A stretch of 64,000 bases of DNA from the NCBI GenBank assembly GCA_963422265.1, contig OY729416.1, forward strand, positions 192,001 through 256,000. The letters are read 5' to 3'. Below, in pieces: positions 53,323 through 62,349 of the stretch (the stretch's first letter is position 1; every line of letters starts with the position of its first letter). The position numbers were made by a program, and so were the translations under genes. Below the pieces are notes generated by a model, which saw nothing but the letters and a program-made list of their open reading frames with translations, did not search any database and was not told the DNA's origin. This DNA is from Thermodesulfobacteriota bacterium. Its GTDB lineage: Bacteria > Desulfobacterota_D > UBA1144 > Nemesobacterales > UBA2774.

Positions 53323-56280
53323 ATGCCTGAAGATAAAAGGGCTGAGCGAAGAGATAAAGAGAGTGGTATTAAGAGAAGAGACTTTCTTAAGATAATAGGC
53401 GTCGCTGGAGGAACCGCCGCCGTAACGGGTGCGTGTTCTGAGCCTGTGGAGCAAATAATTCCGTATGTAATTCCACCTGAAGGCGTCGTACCTGGGGTTC
53501 CCAACTGGTATGCTAGCACGTGCAGAGAGTGTCCAGCAGGCTGTGGAATAGTCGTAAAGAATCGTGAAGGGCGGGCGATTAAAATTGAGGGGAATACGGA
53601 AAACCCAATAAACGAAGGTTCGAGTTGCGCCCGCGGTCAGGCTTCACTTCAAGGTCTTTATAATCCCGATCGTATAAGTTCACCCCTCAGTAAAAATGAT
53701 AAGGGCAAGTATGAGCCTATCGGGTGGGAAAATGCTGAGAAAATTTTAGCCCAAAAAATAGCGGAGATAAGAGAGAAAAGATCAGGTGGTAAGGCTGTAT
53801 TTTTGACTAGTCATGTAGCAGGCACTTTTGGCAATTTGGTTGATGAATGGATGGACGCCTTGGATGGCGAGCGTATTTCTTATGAAGCTTTTTCTTACGA
53901 ACCGCTTAAAGAAGCTAATAGATTAGCTTTTGGCATAGACAAGATACCAACTTACAAGATAGATAAAGCCGATTATCTTCTTTCATTCAGTTCAGATTTT
54001 ATTGAGACGTGGCTTTCTCCCGTTGAGCACTCTAAGAAGTTTAGTCAGATGCACGGCGTTAAGGGTAAGTCTATAGGCAAGTTTATTTACGTTTCCCCAA
54101 GGGCTTCACTTACTGGCACGAACGCTGACGAATGGGTTTCTATAAAGCCTGGCACGGAAGGGTTTCTCGCTTTGGGACTGGCGAACGTAATAGTGAACGA
54201 AGGTTTATCCTCACGCTCTATAGACGGATTAAAAGGGATTTTGGCTAACTATCCACCTGACAAAGTGTCTTCCGTTACGGACATTCCCGTAGATGCGATT
54301 AGGCGGATAGCAAAAGATTTTGCTGGTATGGGCAGCAGTCTGGCAATAGGGGGCGGGGTAGCTAACTCGTCAACTAATGCGACGGAAACGCTTATCGCCA
54401 TAAATATTCTCAATTACGTAGCTGGTAATATAGGGGATACGGTTGATTTTGGTGATACTTTGAGCATTTCAGACGTAAATACGTTTCAAGACGTATCTTC
54501 GCTAGTCAGTTCTATGGATGATGGGAAGGTAGAGCTACTATTCATACATGATGTGAATCCAGCTTTTACGTTGCCCAAATCACTTAAATTTGAAGAGGCG
54601 ATCAAGAACGTTCCTTACGTCGTCAGCTTTTCGAGCTTTCCTGATGAAACGACCGAATTGGCTGATCTAGTTCTTCCGGACAGCACGTTTCTTGAGAGTT
54701 GGGGCGATTATGCTCCCAGAGAGAGCGTGCTGGGTTTGACTCAGCCAACTATGAAGCCGGTGTTTAATACTAAATCTACAGGTGACGTGATTTTATCGGT
54801 AAGCGGACGAGTTGAGGAAATCAAGGACAGATTTAAGAGGAAAACCTATTATGATTATCTAAGGGATTCATGGCGGAAGGTCTGGAGTGAGAATTCGGTA
54901 GGGGTTAGTTTTGATACGTTCTGGAATGATTCGCTTAAGAGAGGCGGATATTACAAGAAAGTAACACCTGTTCAGTTGTCACTTTCAAGTTCTGTCAATA
55001 GCTTCAAATTCTCAGGAGCGGAAATAGAAGGGCAGGGTGACTATTACTTTTTAACATATCCATCTTATAGGTACTACGATGGGAGGGGGGCGAACAAGCC
55101 CTGGCTTCAGGAACTTCCCGAGGCTATATCTACGGGAACTTGGGACTCATGGGTTGAAATCCATCCTGATACCGCCAAGAAGATGGGGATCCAGCTTGGG
55201 GACTTCGTAGCGATAGAATCCACTCACGGAATGATCCAAACTCAGGCTTACGTTTATCAGGGAATAAGACCTGATACGCTTGCAGTTATGATAGGCCAAG
55301 GGCATACAAGCTATGGAAGGTACGCGAAGGGGAGAGGTGTTAATCCTGTAGATATACTTCCTGTAACCACCGACAAGCTGTCGGGTGGATTCGCATGGCT
55401 ATCTACAAAGGTGAAAGCGTCAGGGGTGGGTAAGCGTGCACAGTTCGTCCAGACTCAATATACTACTACGCAGCACGACAGGATAGTTGCCAAGACCATC
55501 TCGCTCAACGAGCTTAAAAACGGAATACAACACGAGGAGCACCACGAGCCCGATTTTTATCCCCCTCGTAAATATGCAAATTACCGTTGGGGCATGGCTA
55601 TTGATCTGCAAAAGTGCTCTGGCTGCGGCGCTTGCGTAACGGCTTGCTACGCTGAGAATAATATTCCTTTTGTGGGGAAGGAACTCGTAGCTAAAAGGCG
55701 GGATATGGCATGGATAAGAATAGAGAGGTATTTTGAAAAGGCTGATAACGCCGCCGGATTCAAAACTCAGTATCTCCCAATGACCTGCCAGCAATGTGGA
55801 AATGCCCCATGCGAGCCTGTATGTCCGGTTTATGCTACGTATCACAACCCCGAGGGGTTGAACGGCATGGTATATAACCGCTGCGTAGGAACAAGGTATT
55901 GCTCTAATAACTGCACGTATAAGGTTAGAAAGTTTAACTGGTTCAACTACAAATTGCCTGAGCCTCTAAATTGGCAGTTGAACCCTGACGTCACAGTCAG
56001 AAGTAAGGGCGTGATGGAAAAATGCACGTTCTGCGTTCAGAGGATTAACTATGGAAAAGATATTGCTAAGGATAAGGGTAGGGACGTTAGAGACGGTGAG
56101 ATAAAGGTAGCCTGCGAGCAGGCTTGTCCTTCAGATGCGATAGTTTTTGGGAATTTACAGGAAGAAGGCAGTAAGGTATCGGAGCTTTCCCATGATAAAA
56201 GGGGCTACAAGGTGCTTGAGGTAATAAATACGCAACCTGCGATTACTTATCTAAAAAAAGTGACATGGGATAAGGCATAA
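53323..56280 (+). CDS. actB: Alternative complex III molybdopterin-oxidoreductase-like / Fe-S subunit
   Basis: Tat motif RRDFLK with lipobox-like TGAC, CRECPAGC, C-terminal 4Fe-4S motifs (CSGCGAC, CQQC..APC, CVGTRYC, CTFC). Confidence 0.92.
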   Translation: MPEDKRAERRDKESGIKRRDFLKIIGVAGGTAAVTGACSEPVEQIIPYVIPPEGVVPGVPNWYASTCRECPAGCGIVVKNREGRAIKIEGNTENPINEGSSCARGQASLQGLYNPDRISSPLSKNDKGKYEPIGWENAEKILAQKIAEIREKRSGGKAVFLTSHVAGTFGNLVDEWMDALDGERISYEAFSYEPLKEANRLAFGIDKIPTYKIDKADYLLSFSSDFIETWLSPVEHSKKFSQMHGVKGKSIGKFIYVSPRASLTGTNADEWVSIKPGTEGFLALGLANVIVNEGLSSRSIDGLKGILANYPPDKVSSVTDIPVDAIRRIAKDFAGMGSSLAIGGGVANSSTNATETLIAINILNYVAGNIGDTVDFGDTLSISDVNTFQDVSSLVSSMDDGKVELLFIHDVNPAFTLPKSLKFEEAIKNVPYVVSFSSFPDETTELADLVLPDSTFLESWGDYAPRESVLGLTQPTMKPVFNTKSTGDVILSVSGRVEEIKDRFKRKTYYDYLRDSWRKVWSENSVGVSFDTFWNDSLKRGGYYKKVTPVQLSLSSSVNSFKFSGAEIEGQGDYYFLTYPSYRYYDGRGANKPWLQELPEAISTGTWDSWVEIHPDTAKKMGIQLGDFVAIESTHGMIQTQAYVYQGIRPDTLAVMIGQGHTSYGRYAKGRGVNPVDILPVTTDKLSGGFAWLSTKVKASGVGKRAQFVQTQYTTTQHDRIVAKTISLNELKNGIQHEEHHEPDFYPPRKYANYRWGMAIDLQKCSGCGACVTACYAENNIPFVGKELVAKRRDMAWIRIERYFEKADNAAGFKTQYLPMTCQQCGNAPCEPVCPVYATYHNPEGLNGMVYNRCVGTRYCSNNCTYKVRKFNWFNYKLPEPLNWQLNPDVTVRSKGVMEKCTFCVQRINYGKDIAKDKGRDVRDGEIKVACEQACPSDAIVFGNLQEEGSKVSELSHDKRGYKVLEVINTQPAITYLKKVTWDKA

Positions 56281-57614
56281 TGAGCGAGACGAACACTTTA
56301 ACTTACGCAAAAGTAAATGAAGACGTAATACGTATGCTGGATAAGCCTACGTTTAAGTGGTGGGCTCTTTTCCTGCCTACGTTAGCTTTTGTGGGATTCG
56401 GCGTATTCTGTTTTCTCTATCAAACTTACACAGGCTTAGGCGTAGCGGGTTACAGGCACCCAGTGTTCTGGGGCGTTTATATTACGGATTTCGTGTTCTG
56501 GGTTGGTATAGCCCATTCAGGGACGTTAATTTCCGCCATACTTTTCTTGTTTAGGGCGAATTTCAGGATGTCTATCTACAGAATCGCCGAGGGTATGACG
56601 GTATTCGCCGTTCTTACGGCGGGGCTTTTTCCTATTATACACTTGGGCAGACCATGGAACTTCTACTGGTTATTTCCTTACCCAAACCAAAGGGAACTGT
56701 GGATAAACTTTAAGTCTCCTCTAGTTTGGGACGTTTTTGCGGTAAGCACTTATCTTACGGTTAGCTCCTTGTTTTTCTTCGTTGGTATGATTCCTGACCT
56801 CGCAGCTATTAGAGACAGAGTTAAAGAAGCGCCTAGAAAGCTCATTTATTCCATACTTTCCTTGGGTTGGAAGGGAAGCAACTGGGAGTGGCTTCACTAT
56901 ACTAGGGCGTATCTATTTTTTGCAGCCTTTGCGACCCCTCTTGTGCTTTCGGTGCACAGCGTGGTTTCCTGGGACTTTGCCATGTCTAATCTGCCGGGGT
57001 GGCACACCACGATCTTCGCCCCTTATTTCGTCGCCGGTGCTATTTTTTCAGGCTTGGGAATGGTTATTACACTTACCGTGCCAATAAGAACAATATTTCG
57101 CTTAGAAGAATATATTACCCTTGATAACTACGATGGCATGGCAAAGCTCATAATTTTTACTTCTCTTATAGTTGGTTACGCCTATGGCGTTGAGTTCTTT
57201 ATGGCTTGGTACAGTGGAAGTCCTTATGAATGGGGGCAATTTTATTACAGAGCCACTGGCGAATACGCCCTGTTTTACTGGATTATGGTAGTTTGTAACG
57301 TTCTGATTCCCATTCCCCTTTGGTTCAAATCGGTGCGTAGAAACATAAAGGTTCTCTTCATTATATCCATATTTATAAATATAGGCATGTGGTTTGAAAG
57401 GTTTAATATTATCGTAATTTCTCTATCACAGGGGTTTGATCCGGGAGCATGGGGTATCTACAAGCCTTCCTGGGTTGAAATAGGCATAACAGTCGGAAGC
57501 TTTGCTTGGTTCTTTATGTTCTTTCTGTTATTTATCAAAACCCTTCCTTCGGTTTCAATTGCAGAGATGAAGGAGATATTGCCAGTTCCACGTAGGGAGG
57601 CAAAGACGCAATGA
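56280..57614 (+). CDS. actC: Alternative complex III NrfD-family quinol-binding membrane subunit
   Basis: FVFWVGIAHSGT, HLGRPW, SPLVWD, SVHSVVSWDFA, WFERF. Confidence 0.93.
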   Translation: MSETNTLTYAKVNEDVIRMLDKPTFKWWALFLPTLAFVGFGVFCFLYQTYTGLGVAGYRHPVFWGVYITDFVFWVGIAHSGTLISAILFLFRANFRMSIYRIAEGMTVFAVLTAGLFPIIHLGRPWNFYWLFPYPNQRELWINFKSPLVWDVFAVSTYLTVSSLFFFVGMIPDLAAIRDRVKEAPRKLIYSILSLGWKGSNWEWLHYTRAYLFFAAFATPLVLSVHSVVSWDFAMSNLPGWHTTIFAPYFVAGAIFSGLGMVITLTVPIRTIFRLEEYITLDNYDGMAKLIIFTSLIVGYAYGVEFFMAWYSGSPYEWGQFYYRATGEYALFYWIMVVCNVLIPIPLWFKSVRRNIKVLFIISIFINIGMWFERFNIIVISLSQGFDPGAWGIYKPSWVEIGITVGSFAWFFMFFLLFIKTLPSVSIAEMKEILPVPRREAKTQ

Positions 57615-58123
57615 AAAAAGATCAGTACGTTCAGGGAATTTTTTCCTACGTTGATGACGTTGTAGAGACTGTAAAAAGACTAAAGGAATCTGGATTTAAA
57701 AATTTACGCGTTTTTTCTCCTGTCCCGAATCATGAGATTGAAGAGGTAATGGATGAGCCTGAAAGTATAGTGCGCTTCTTTACTTTAGGCGGGGCTATGC
57801 TTGGTGCCGCGTGCGGAGTAGGCTTTACCGTTCTCACTTCTACGGCTTACCCCATAGCGGTGAGTGCAAAACCAATAGTATCTCTTCCCCCTTACATGGT
57901 AATTATTTTTGAGCTTACTATCTTAATAGGGGCTCTTTCTACTCTTTTAGGCTTGCTTATCAACTCGAGGTTAAGGAGAAACGCCCCAAGGGCTATGTAT
58001 GATCCAAGGTTTTCTGAAGACAAATTTGGAGTTATGGTGACCTGCTCCAAAGACGGCGTGGAGCAAGTCAATGAGATTCTCAACTCTCAAGGGGCTGAGG
58101 AAGTTAGGTTTGATGGAGTCTGA
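57611..58123 (+). CDS. actD: Alternative complex III subunit D (DUF3341)
   Basis: FSPVP, two TMs, FELTIL, YDPRFSEDKF. Confidence 0.9.
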   Translation: MKKDQYVQGIFSYVDDVVETVKRLKESGFKNLRVFSPVPNHEIEEVMDEPESIVRFFTLGGAMLGAACGVGFTVLTSTAYPIAVSAKPIVSLPPYMVIIFELTILIGALSTLLGLLINSRLRRNAPRAMYDPRFSEDKFGVMVTCSKDGVEQVNEILNSQGAEEVRFDGV

Positions 58124-58149
58124 TAGAAGTATGGGAGGTTAGGACGATA

Positions 58150-58695
58150 TTGTTTGTTAAGCACAAGAGATACTATCTGCTTTTATTGCCAGTCTTGGGT
58201 TTATTCATGGGGGCAAAGGCTTTTGGTTTTCCATGGAACTTTGATATGTGGCTTCAGCCCTCTATCCTTCCTTATGAAGAGCCAATTGCGTATCCTGAGC
58301 TTTCCGTGTCGCGAGAGGGACTGATGCTAAAACCCTTGCCTAGAGAGGATTTTGAGGCTATTGCCGAGTCTCCGGTATTCCCTACTGAAGCATCATTGGT
58401 TAATGGGCAAAAGTTATATAATAGGCATTGTTACACTTGTCACGGCGAGAAGGGAATGGGTGATGGTCCTGTAATTAAAAGGGGTTTTTACCCGCTTAAC
58501 CTTACTTCTCCCGGTGTAGTGGGTAGGACTGATGGTTATATCTATGCTTATATAAGATATGGTGGAAAGGTGATGATGCCTAGCTATCGTGAGAACTTAT
58601 CTTCCACGATGGCTTGGGATATAGTGAACTATGTCCGAAGGCTCCAGGAGGATCAGCAGAAAGGGATTAATACCGCGGAGGGGAATGCCGAGTAA
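58150..58695 (+). CDS. actE: Alternative complex III monoheme cytochrome c subunit
   Basis: DMWLQP, CYTCHG, MMPSY, WDIVNYVRRLQ. Confidence 0.88.
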   Translation: MFVKHKRYYLLLLPVLGLFMGAKAFGFPWNFDMWLQPSILPYEEPIAYPELSVSREGLMLKPLPREDFEAIAESPVFPTEASLVNGQKLYNRHCYTCHGEKGMGDGPVIKRGFYPLNLTSPGVVGRTDGYIYAYIRYGGKVMMPSYRENLSSTMAWDIVNYVRRLQEDQQKGINTAEGNAE

Positions 58696-58696
58696 G

Positions 58697-59941
58697 ATGG
58701 ATGAGCAAATCAGAGACGACGTACTTGTTAAGAGAGCCCATATACCCAGCTTAGCCATATATGTTCTTTTGGCAGTTGCTGTTGTGGGATTCGGCGCATT
58801 CACGTTGCGGGTTATGGGAGCGAATCCTGACGAGGCGTGGCAAATATTCTTAGTGAATTTTCTGTTCTGGACGGGTATCGCTCAGGCGGGCATAGTCTTT
58901 TCCTGTATTCTGCGTATTACAAACGCTAGATGGGCAAGGCCGCTTCTCCGGATGAGCGAGGGGTTGGGGGCATTTCTTCCTGTCTCTTTAGTCCTTTTGT
59001 TGATTATATTTGTCGGCAGAGAGTATTTGCTTCCTTACGCAACTGAGCATTACCATCACCCGAAAGACGTCTGGCTTGATACAAGATTCGTATTCGCTAG
59101 GAACGTATTAGGATTTACTGTCCTGTTTCTGTTGAGCTACTACTATCTTTACAACTCTCTCAGGCAAGATCTCGGTGGTGCTGGCGAGCGGTTGAGCGGT
59201 TTGGCTTTCTGGGTAGCTTCCGGATGGACAGGTGAAGAAGAGAGAGGAAAAGTCTGGAAAAGATTAGGCGTCCTGGCGCCAGCGATATTGATTTTCTATG
59301 CGATTGTTTTTAGTTTTTTCGCATGGGACTTTATGATGTCTTTAAACCCGCATTGGTTCAGCACCCTCTTTGGTCCTTATTATTTTATGGCTAGTTTTAT
59401 TGCTTCTCTTGGGGTTACGATCATTCTGTCCGTGATGCTCAGAAAGAGGCTCGGTTTAGAGGAATACTTGGTAGATAATCAGTATCACGATATAGGTAAA
59501 ATGCTTCAGGGGTTCTCATTGTTTTGGGTTTATCTCTTCTTCTCGCAGTTGCTTCCAATATGGTATGCGAATATGCCAGAGGAGACCGGCTTTGTAATTA
59601 CCCGCGTCAAGGACGAGCCGTTCAGGTCTTTGTCCTGGGTAGTTTTGAGCTGCTGCTTCATTATTCCTTTCGCTTCACTTATGCCTAGAACAAATAAAAT
59701 CGTAAAGCCTATCTTGGTATTCATTGCGTCAATTTCAGTGACGGGATTCTTTATAGAAAAATACGTTCTCGTAGTTCCGTCATTATCTGACACGATTACT
59801 TTCGGGATAATTCACATACTAATTACTCTTGGTTTCTTAGCGGCTTTCGTGCTTATGTTTCTGTTGTTTATGAGGGCTTTTCCCTCAATACCCATAGGAG
59901 ATCCCTTCTTTGGCGGCAAAGCTAGTAAAGGAGAGCATTGA
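58697..59941 (+). CDS. actF: Alternative complex III membrane subunit F
   Basis: Multi-TM protein with DFMMSLNPHWFST, HDIGK, WYANMPEE, in operon position six. Confidence 0.9.
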   Translation: MDEQIRDDVLVKRAHIPSLAIYVLLAVAVVGFGAFTLRVMGANPDEAWQIFLVNFLFWTGIAQAGIVFSCILRITNARWARPLLRMSEGLGAFLPVSLVLLLIIFVGREYLLPYATEHYHHPKDVWLDTRFVFARNVLGFTVLFLLSYYYLYNSLRQDLGGAGERLSGLAFWVASGWTGEEERGKVWKRLGVLAPAILIFYAIVFSFFAWDFMMSLNPHWFSTLFGPYYFMASFIASLGVTIILSVMLRKRLGLEEYLVDNQYHDIGKMLQGFSLFWVYLFFSQLLPIWYANMPEETGFVITRVKDEPFRSLSWVVLSCCFIIPFASLMPRTNKIVKPILVFIASISVTGFFIEKYVLVVPSLSDTITFGIIHILITLGFLAAFVLMFLLFMRAFPSIPIGDPFFGGKASKGEH

Positions 59942-60084
59942 TGGACGAACGACATCTAGAAATTATTATTCAGGGCGTCGTAGCAGTTGTATGTTGTGGA
60001 ATAGGTGGTTTTATAGCTTTAATCGCGTCAGTCGCCTTTTTTGGTCCTCTGCTTGCCCCGCTTATGAATAAACTCCCGTGGTAA
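59941..60084 (+). CDS. Unannotated 47-aa single-TM protein translationally coupled to actF
   Basis: TGATG overlap and AAAGGAG upstream; MDERHLEIIIQGVVAVVCCGIGGFIALIASVAFFGPLLAPLMNKLPW. Confidence 0.65.
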   Translation: MDERHLEIIIQGVVAVVCCGIGGFIALIASVAFFGPLLAPLMNKLPW

Positions 60085-60605
60085 ATAGTTCTGCTGTCTT
60101 CTCCACAACCCACTTTTCTTTGTTCTGTAGCTTGGACGATTTTGCTCGATGAAACGTACTATAAATACTGGGCGTTCGCAACCGAAAAAGGTGTGAAAAA
60201 AGGGAGAAATAGCGCTATTAATTGGGGTTTTGAAAACTTTATAAAACTTATACTTTTTGGCGATTTTCTTTACCTTGGGAAAGTGGATTATATCCATAAT
60301 TAGGCTTTTTAGGCAATAAATGTAATGATTGCAGGGTGTTATGCGTGGTTAATTTTAATAGGTTTTTTTGCCGTTTTTCCTAATAATGCAATAATGACAA
60401 TGGGTTAGAATACCGCTAGGTGAAAGTTTTTAATTTGTTCATCCCCGATCCTAAAGCGAGTTCAGGACAGACATCTGCGGATATATTTGCAATCCCTTGC
60501 CGTTCTTCCTATAAAACGTGAAAATGTGTTATCTTGTAAAAGGGTTGGACGTTATGGCTACAGAGAGGCGTCCGCGATTACAAATTTCTAATCTAGGGAT
60601 TACTA

Positions 60606-60947
60606 ATGTCAAAAGAAGCCGAGATTAAATTTCTTATTAAACTAGACGATAGCGACGCGCCAGAGCAGATATACTGGGACGCGACCGAATCCAAAGGCGA
60701 GGGGTTCAAGCCATGCGATTCTCTTATGGTTTCAATGTGGGACAGGCAAGAGAAGAATACTATGAGCATAGACCTTTGGACGAACGATATGGAAGTGGGA
60801 GAAATGAATTCTCACTATTATTTTACTTTGATGAAGATGGCGGATACCTACGAGAAGGCTACGAGGAACAAAACTCTTTCTCAAATGATAAGAGATTTTG
60901 CCGGAGAGTTTGCGGAGAAAGTGGATAAACTAACTAAGAGAGGATGA
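60606..60947 (+). CDS. GldC-like protein
   Basis: IKLDD...PEQIYWDA, SMWD...TMSIDLWTNDM, MADTYEKAT match my recollection of the GldC-like family. Confidence 0.75.
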   Translation: MSKEAEIKFLIKLDDSDAPEQIYWDATESKGEGFKPCDSLMVSMWDRQEKNTMSIDLWTNDMEVGEMNSHYYFTLMKMADTYEKATRNKTLSQMIRDFAGEFAEKVDKLTKRG

Positions 60948-61212
60948 GATTCGCAGATGTGCTCCACATGTTTTCATACATAAGCGCTTAACAAGCATTA
61001 AGAATTATCTAAATTTGTTTTATAGTTAAGTTCATAGTTGGGGAGTTTTTCCCCTCCCCAAAAGTTTAAGTATTGCAGCAGGTCATATAATTGGATATCC
61101 TAAGCTAGAAGGGGATCTAGCGGTTTTCAGTCTTAGGGTGATGGTCACTACCTGCCTTAATTCCGCTCCAACCTTGATTAGTTGTGAAGAACTGAGCTTT
61201 AGGCTTTGAAGC

Positions 61213-62346
61213 ATGGTTAAGAAAGAGGGTCGTAAAAACCGGATATTGCTCATCGCTCCTCTGGGATCTGGTAAGTCCGCCACCAACATCGTTGGGGGAA
61301 ACAGATTGATGGCTGCTGAGTCGATTCATGAGTTGACTCCGCGTGGTTTTGAGGTAGATGTCCTCGACACCTCAGGAAGCGTAACCAATCTATCTCCGTG
61401 GAAAATCCTATTTATTCGCCTGACGAGATTTTTTTTGGTGTTATGGAGCGTAGTGAAAAATATCCGACGCTTCGACGTGGTTTTTCTGCTTATCGCCCCC
61501 TATTCGGCGCTCGTCTTGGCAACGTCAATCTGGGTTATCTGTAAAATCGCGCGCAGACCCATGGTGCTGCGATTATCGGGGTCCAGCTTTGGCGAGGTAT
61601 ACAGCTCATACGGCGCGGTGGCTCGCTGGCTTGCCGATCGTACCTACATGCGCTGTGCGCTGATATATGTCGAAACTCTGCAAACGTCTCAGGAATTCAG
61701 CAATCTGGCGAATGTTCATTGGTTCCCAAATACGCGGAATGTCGAGTCGCCAGCCGTGGTCAGGCGTGACAGAGTGAGTAAACTGATCTTTGCTGGTCGT
61801 TTGGAGCGTAAAAAAGGGCTGGCTGAGGCACTAGAGGCATGCCGTCACCTTCCTGAACATTGTCATCTTCAGGTTTTTGGACCTCCGATGTCTAACACGG
61901 ATTTTTCCCTGTTCGAGGGACATCCCCGGGCGACCTATGGCGGCGTGTTGGAGCCGGCAGAGGTGCCTCGGGTGCTAAGCGAACACGACTTACTTTTATT
62001 CCCCAGTTATTTCAGCACCGAGGGCTATCCGGGCATTATTCTCGAAGCCTTCCAGTGCGGCGTGCCGGTTGTCGCCGCTAGGTGTGGGGGCGTTCCTGAG
62101 GTCGTCGAGCACGAACGCAGCGGGCTGCTGGTGGAACAACGATCCCCGTCGGCGTTGCAGTCGGCTATCGATCGGTTGCTAGACAACCCCGCCTTGTATC
62201 AGCGGTTGCGCCATGGCGCCCAACGCCGAGGGGAATATTTTCGCAGCCCAAACTGGTATGGCCAGATGGCTTCCGACCTAAGCGGCTTGTGTCGTAAAAC
62301 AAATTCCACGTGGAGATCTAACCCATACTCCTCCCGGCCTGTATAG
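61213..62346 (+). CDS. Glycosyltransferase family 4
   Basis: FAGRLERKKG, FPSY..EGYPGIILEAFQCGVPVVA..GGVPE. Confidence 0.9.
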   Translation: MVKKEGRKNRILLIAPLGSGKSATNIVGGNRLMAAESIHELTPRGFEVDVLDTSGSVTNLSPWKILFIRLTRFFLVLWSVVKNIRRFDVVFLLIAPYSALVLATSIWVICKIARRPMVLRLSGSSFGEVYSSYGAVARWLADRTYMRCALIYVETLQTSQEFSNLANVHWFPNTRNVESPAVVRRDRVSKLIFAGRLERKKGLAEALEACRHLPEHCHLQVFGPPMSNTDFSLFEGHPRATYGGVLEPAEVPRVLSEHDLLLFPSYFSTEGYPGIILEAFQCGVPVVAARCGGVPEVVEHERSGLLVEQRSPSALQSAIDRLLDNPALYQRLRHGAQRRGEYFRSPNWYGQMASDLSGLCRKTNSTWRSNPYSSRPV

Positions 62347-62349
62347 GAG

